NCBI RefSeq assembly: GCF_016592615.1
Contig: NZ_AP013043.1
Location: 300,001-332,000 of the forward strand
From: Isorropodon fossajaponicum endosymbiont JTNG4
Lineage (GTDB): Bacteria > Pseudomonadota > Gammaproteobacteria > PS1 > Pseudothioglobaceae
Direction of reading: 5' to 3'
DNA length: 32,000 bases
The first letter of the stretch is position 1. Each line of letters opens with the position of its first letter. The notes beneath the pieces were generated by a model. The model saw only the letters and a program-made list of their open reading frames with translations, ran no database searches and had not been told where the DNA came from. Both the position numbers and the translations under genes were made by a program. Shown here in pieces: positions 28,087-32,000 of the stretch.

Positions 28087-28140
28087 GCATATTTTTTTGT
28101 TATTAAGGTCGACATTCGTTAAAAATAAGTGCTTGACAGG

Positions 28141-28874
28141 TTACACAGGTTTTTGTTCTAGTTTTTTATGAATATGATTAATAGCTTGTGATTTTGAGTC
28201 GAAAAAGTGTGATGCCAATTTTTTGGATGAAATTCGACTTGGCAGCAAACTCATAAATGGAGGCTTTAAGCCCGACAAAATATAAGCCACCATTGTTTTA
28301 CTAGGCGATTGTTTTCTGAAATGAGTGCTCCTGTGCCTGCTAGGTCAATAAAATTAATGCCACTAGCGACAATCAAAATATGATTAATACGTTCGTTTTC
28401 TACGATGGCAGCAATGCGTTTTGAATGTGATTAACCGAGCCAAAATAAATAGACATATCAATACGAATAATGACCGTGTGTGAAACAAAATTAACTATTG
28501 AACCTAAGCGTGCTAAGTCAAATGCCAGTTGATAAACACCAGCAAGAAAAGTGAGTGTGAGTGCTAATGACAAAAATTCAGCACTGCCTGGTTCGGCGTG
28601 ATGACTAATGGCGGAAAAAACCACGATGGAAATGGCTGTGGTTGGTCCTGAAACTAAATGTAATGATGAACCGAACAGTGCGGGCAATGATTGGGGTAAC
28701 CATTGCAGTATATAGACCATATTCAGGGGGTAATCCAGCAATAGTGGCAAATGCTACACCTTGTGAGGTAGAACAATAACAGCGCTAGTTAATCCTGCAA
28801 TTAAATCCGCTTTAAGAGAGGCTTTATTAACAAATTTAAGCCAGATTAAAAAGGAAAAAACGCGAGAACTTCAT
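28141..28874 (-). pseudogene. SulP-family anion (sulfate) permease remnant: frameshifts plus a large internal deletion
   Basis: Pieces recoverable in different frames are FLIWLKFVNKASLKADLIAGLT, PQGVAFATIAGLPPEYGLYTAMV, ALFGSSLHLVSGPTTAISIVVFSAI...LALTLTFLAGVYQLAFDLARLGSIVNFVSH, then directly STAS-domain sequence IRIDMSIYFGSVNHIQ, NHILIVASGINFIDLAGTGALISENNRL, LYFVGLK and [12 protein letters not shown]. About 0.73 kb remains, compared with roughly 1.5-1.8 kb for intact SulP genes. Confidence 0.8.
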
Positions 28875-28885
28875 TATGTTTTATC

Positions 28886-30712
28886 TTAACGTGAAAATTT
28901 TGGTTTTCTGCCGTGTTTGTCATCTCTTTTGTTTTTGCCATGATAGTCTTTATTGCTACGTCGGTTGTTGCTTTTACCCTTGGAGAATTTTCCACGACCA
29001 AAATTACGTTTTCCTGCTTGCCCTCCAATAGTGGTCTTGTTATTTTTTTCAGTGAGTTTAACAATGTTTAGGCGCTTGCCACAAACCACGGTCTTTTTTA
29101 AAACCTCAAATACCTTATCTGGCATCTCATCTGGCAAGTCAATGGTCGAGCAATGATCAAAAATTTGAATTGAGCCAATATATTCACTGTCCATGTCAGC
29201 TTCATTGGCGATAGCACCTAAAATATTACCCGGCTTAACATTATTATTATTACCCACTTCAATCTTATAACGACACATTGGGATTTTCGGAAAGTCCTTC
29301 AAAGGTTCGGCTTTGATAGGGATTATTTTTTCTTCTTTCGGTGTTTGATTGCTACCAAAATTTGGTTCTTTTTCTGATAATAGCAATGGCTCATTGCCTT
29401 GCGCAATGAATGCCAAGGCAGCAGAGATTTTTGAGATTTCAACTTCTGGGTTTTCTTGCTGAAATTCGCTGACTAATTTTTCAAATATGTCTAAGTTTTG
29501 ATTGTTGATGGTTTGTGCTATGTTTTGTTTGAATGTTTCAATGCGTTTGGCATTAATAATCTTTGCACTGGGTAGTTCAATGGGGGTGATTTTTTGGCGA
29601 GTAACACGTTCAATAGTACTGAGCATACGCCTTTCACGGTTTGATACGAATAAAATTGCGTCACCTTTTCGGCCTGCGCGTCCTGTTCTGCCAATGCGGT
29701 GTACATAAGATTCAGCGTCTTGAGGAATGTCGTAATTAACCACGTGTGAGATGCGATCTACATCTAAACCACGGGCAGCAACATCGGTGGCAATAAGAAT
29801 GTCAATTTTGCCTTTTTTGTAGTTAGTGATGATACGTTCTCGTTGGCTTTGTTGAATATCGCCGTTAATGGCTTCTGCTGAAAAACCACGGGCAGATAAT
29901 TTCTCTGCCAATTCTATCGTGAGTGTTTTGGTTCTAACGAAAATAATCATCGCATCAAAGGTAGTGACTTCAAGAATGCGAGTTAAGGCTTCTAATTTTT
30001 GTGATAAGCCACCAACCATGCAGTATTTTTGGGTAATGGTGGTCGCTGTTTCTGTCTTGGTTTTTATCTTAACAATTTTTGGCTGGTTTAAAAATTGTTC
30101 AGCCACTTTTTTGATAACGCTTGGCATGGTGGCAGAGAATAGGGCAATTTGTCGTTGTTCAGGAATGCGTTGCATGACCCATTTTATGTCATCGATAAAG
30201 CCCATTTTGAGCATTTCATCGGCTTCATCTAGAACGAATGACTTAAGTTTGTCTAGTTTTAAGGTGCCTTTTTTAATATGGTCCATCACCCGACCAGGTG
30301 TGCCAACAATAGCGTGTACACCACGCTTTAGAGGGCGTAGTTGAATATCATAAGATTGCCCGCCATAAATAGGCAACACATGAAAACCTTTCATGCCTCG
30401 TGCATAGATTTGTACTGCTTCTGATACTTGAATGGCAAGTTCACGGGTGGGCGTTAAGATTAATAATTGTGGTGCATTAATGTTTAAGTCAATTTTGTCA
30501 AGCAGTGGAAGAGCGAATGCTGCTGTTTTCCCCGTGCCTGTTTGTGCTTGACCGATAATGTCTTCGCCATTTAGTAAGTGGGTGATGCATTGCTCTTGAA
30601 TGGGAGAAGGGGTTTCGTAGCCAATAGAATCCAATACTTTTAAAATGGTATTAGACAATCCTAAACATTCAAATTTAGATGGCGACTTATGGCCAGATTT
30701 ATTTTCAGACAT
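28886..30712 (-). CDS. deaD: DEAD-box ATP-dependent RNA helicase (DeaD/CsdA type)
   Basis: Q motif, AQTGTGKTAAF, DEAD (VLDEADEM), SAT and HRIGRTGRAG. It also has a DbpA-like RNA-binding C-terminal domain and a basic tail. I prefer the ATG at 30712 (MSENKSGH...) over the track's upstream start at 30739. Confidence 0.93.
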   Translation of the reverse strand: MSENKSGHKSPSKFECLGLSNTILKVLDSIGYETPSPIQEQCITHLLNGEDIIGQAQTGTGKTAAFALPLLDKIDLNINAPQLLILTPTRELAIQVSEAVQIYARGMKGFHVLPIYGGQSYDIQLRPLKRGVHAIVGTPGRVMDHIKKGTLKLDKLKSFVLDEADEMLKMGFIDDIKWVMQRIPEQRQIALFSATMPSVIKKVAEQFLNQPKIVKIKTKTETATTITQKYCMVGGLSQKLEALTRILEVTTFDAMIIFVRTKTLTIELAEKLSARGFSAEAINGDIQQSQRERIITNYKKGKIDILIATDVAARGLDVDRISHVVNYDIPQDAESYVHRIGRTGRAGRKGDAILFVSNRERRMLSTIERVTRQKITPIELPSAKIINAKRIETFKQNIAQTINNQNLDIFEKLVSEFQQENPEVEISKISAALAFIAQGNEPLLLSEKEPNFGSNQTPKEEKIIPIKAEPLKDFPKIPMCRYKIEVGNNNNVKPGNILGAIANEADMDSEYIGSIQIFDHCSTIDLPDEMPDKVFEVLKKTVVCGKRLNIVKLTEKNNKTTIGGQAGKRNFGRGKFSKGKSNNRRSNKDYHGKNKRDDKHGRKPKFSR

Positions 30713-30827
30713 GTGATTTGTGGGATAAATGAAGACCAAAATTATACCTATTTAGGTGACGCTTTATCGAACTATATTAGTTTTTTATTATATTTATCAG
30801 TTAAAATATGATTCATTTCCAATATAA

Positions 30828-31406
30828 ATGGGCAGTTTTATGGATACTGAACAAATATTATTAAGCCGTAGCCAGTCCAAATGCGAGTTGTGTGGCAATG
30901 AGCATGATTTGTCAGTATTTGCAGTGATGCCTTCAGATAATAGTGACAATCAATCTATTTTAATTTGCAACATTTGCCATAATTCTATTGATAATCCTAA
31001 GCAGGGAAATATTAACTATTGGCATTGCTTGAACGATTCTATGTGGTCGTCAATAGCAGCGGTGCAAGTAGTGGCTTGGCGTATATTGACTAAGTTAAGT
31101 AGTGAAGGCTGGCCACAGGACTTGCTTGATATGCTTTATTTGGATGACGAAACATTAACTTGGGCACAAGCAATGGATGAGCGCACTAGTGACGAACAAA
31201 CATTAAAACACAAAGACAGTCATGGCACTCAGTTAGACTCTGGTGATACGGTCATCCTAATCAAAGATCTTACAGTTAAAGGCGCAAACTTTACTGCTAA
31301 ACGCGGAACAGCAGTACGTAATATATCATTAGTAACTGATAATGCTGAGCATATTGAAGGCAAAATAGAAGGGCAGAGAATTGTTATTTTGACAAAATTT
31401 GTTTAA
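30828..31406 (+). CDS. PhnA/YjdM-family protein (long form with N-terminal zinc ribbon)
   Basis: 192 aa with cysteine pairs CELCG...CNICH. The C-terminus DSGDTVILIKDLTVKGANFTAKRGTAVRNISLV...IEGKIEGQRIVILTKFV resembles the YjdM/PhnA C-terminal domain. The start could instead be the ATG at 30840. Confidence 0.75.
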   Translation: MGSFMDTEQILLSRSQSKCELCGNEHDLSVFAVMPSDNSDNQSILICNICHNSIDNPKQGNINYWHCLNDSMWSSIAAVQVVAWRILTKLSSEGWPQDLLDMLYLDDETLTWAQAMDERTSDEQTLKHKDSHGTQLDSGDTVILIKDLTVKGANFTAKRGTAVRNISLVTDNAEHIEGKIEGQRIVILTKFV

Positions 31407-31430
31407 AAGGTATAAATATGGATATTTCAC

Positions 31431-32000
31431 AAGACTTCTAAAGAAACGCTCCATGACCGCATTATCCCAACAATTACCTCGCCTGCTCATGCTTTGAGTA
31501 ATGTTGTTCTTGTTGCAATAATCAATAAAAACTTTAGAAGAGTATTGAGTCCCTTGATCAGAGTGGAACATGTGTTTATTTGTATTGGGCTGGTGTCTAG
31601 ACACAGCATTACTAAGCGCATCCTTTGCCAACTGAGCATTAGGCTGTTTTGACAATGCCCAACCAACAACTTGTCTTGAGCCTAAATCCAACACACTGGC
31701 TAAATAACTCCCACCTTGATAGGTTTTGATATAGGTAATATCACCAACCCAATGCGTATTAATTGATTGCTGCTCAAACACACGATTTAATAGGTTTTTT
31801 GCCTTTTTAAACATCAATCTAGTATTAGGGTAATAATGACGCTTTCTTGGGCGTATGGCAACTACATTGGCTTTTTTCATTAGCGTTGCAGTTTGGTAAA
31901 TACCAATGTTATAACCTTGGTTATTCAAAACTACTCGCATTCTGCGTTTGCCATAGGTGTATCCAACTTCAATAGCAGTTTGTTTGATTAATTTAATCAT
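31431..32000 (-). mobile_element. IS3-family transposase (OrfB/integrase core) remnant, 3'-truncated, continuing beyond the right edge
   Basis: DDE/rve-core motifs WVGDITYI, HSDQGTQYSS and RRGNCWDNAVMERFFRSL. Similarity stops after RSL (about 31431). The last 33 codons of track ORF 31329..32000 are read-through antisense to the PhnA-like gene. No terminal inverted repeat is visible at the truncated end. Confidence 0.85.

Noticed and set aside
28133-28165. Plus-strand TTGACA followed about 17 nt later by TTCTAG, as a possible promoter
   Set aside because: The -10 is poor and no plus-strand gene lies downstream; the region is the 3' end of the SulP remnant.
28846-29064. 72-aa minus-strand ORF overlapping the 3' end of deaD, plus 28953..29156 (+)
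   Set aside because: These are an alternative frame or the antisense of the deaD basic tail. The segment beyond 28886 belongs to the SulP remnant's damaged 5' end.
1-32000. CRISPR arrays, tRNA/rRNA genes, prophage, or a recognisable defence, toxin-antitoxin or secretion island
   Set aside because: I found no spaced direct repeats, no cloverleaf-like or rRNA-like segments in the short intergenic regions, and no phage or defence hallmark proteins in any frame I read. Detection by eye is limited, especially for small RNAs.

Overview
This is an AT-rich gammaproteobacterial chromosome segment. By gene content and composition it resembles a reduced-genome sulfur-oxidiser or symbiont of the SUP05/Ruthia type, but that placement is only a guess from protein flavour. 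Most of the window is tightly packed housekeeping genes, many with ATGA/TAATG start-stop overlaps. A long minus-strand block carries aceF-lpdA, a PCMT-like methyltransferase, an RND exporter, nadB, def, dusB (dead), fis and purH. It is followed by an ABC-2 transporter pair, then ppk2 with a coupled lysine-rich mini-protein, then plsY. A plus-strand block carries folB-folK-dsbA-thiD-hisC-nif3, an orphan membrane gene, asd, a small membrane protein and hisB-hisH. After that come nth and sbcB, then cspA and deaD, then a PhnA/YjdM-like gene, and finally a truncated IS3-family transposase at the right edge. The clearest signal is active gene decay. I reconstructed about 7 inactivated genes by reading across the ORF-track fragments: dusB, a TfoX-C-domain mini-gene, a fructosamine-kinase-family gene, a DUF1841 gene, a CsgG/HfaB-like lipoprotein gene, an adjacent lipoprotein gene, and a SulP permease with a large internal deletion. 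An orphan membrane gene may be an eighth. I counted 12 premature in-frame stops by hand; all are TAA or TAG and none is TGA. I saw no rRNA, tRNA, CRISPR array or recognisable defence, toxin or secretion island. I cannot point to a convincing new multi-gene system here. The best candidates for something undescribed are the ppk2-coupled lysine-rich protein, the low-GC orphan membrane gene wedged between nif3 and asd, and the frame-preserving decay of dusB upstream of an intact fis. All functional calls rest on my recognition of motifs in the translations; no database search was run.
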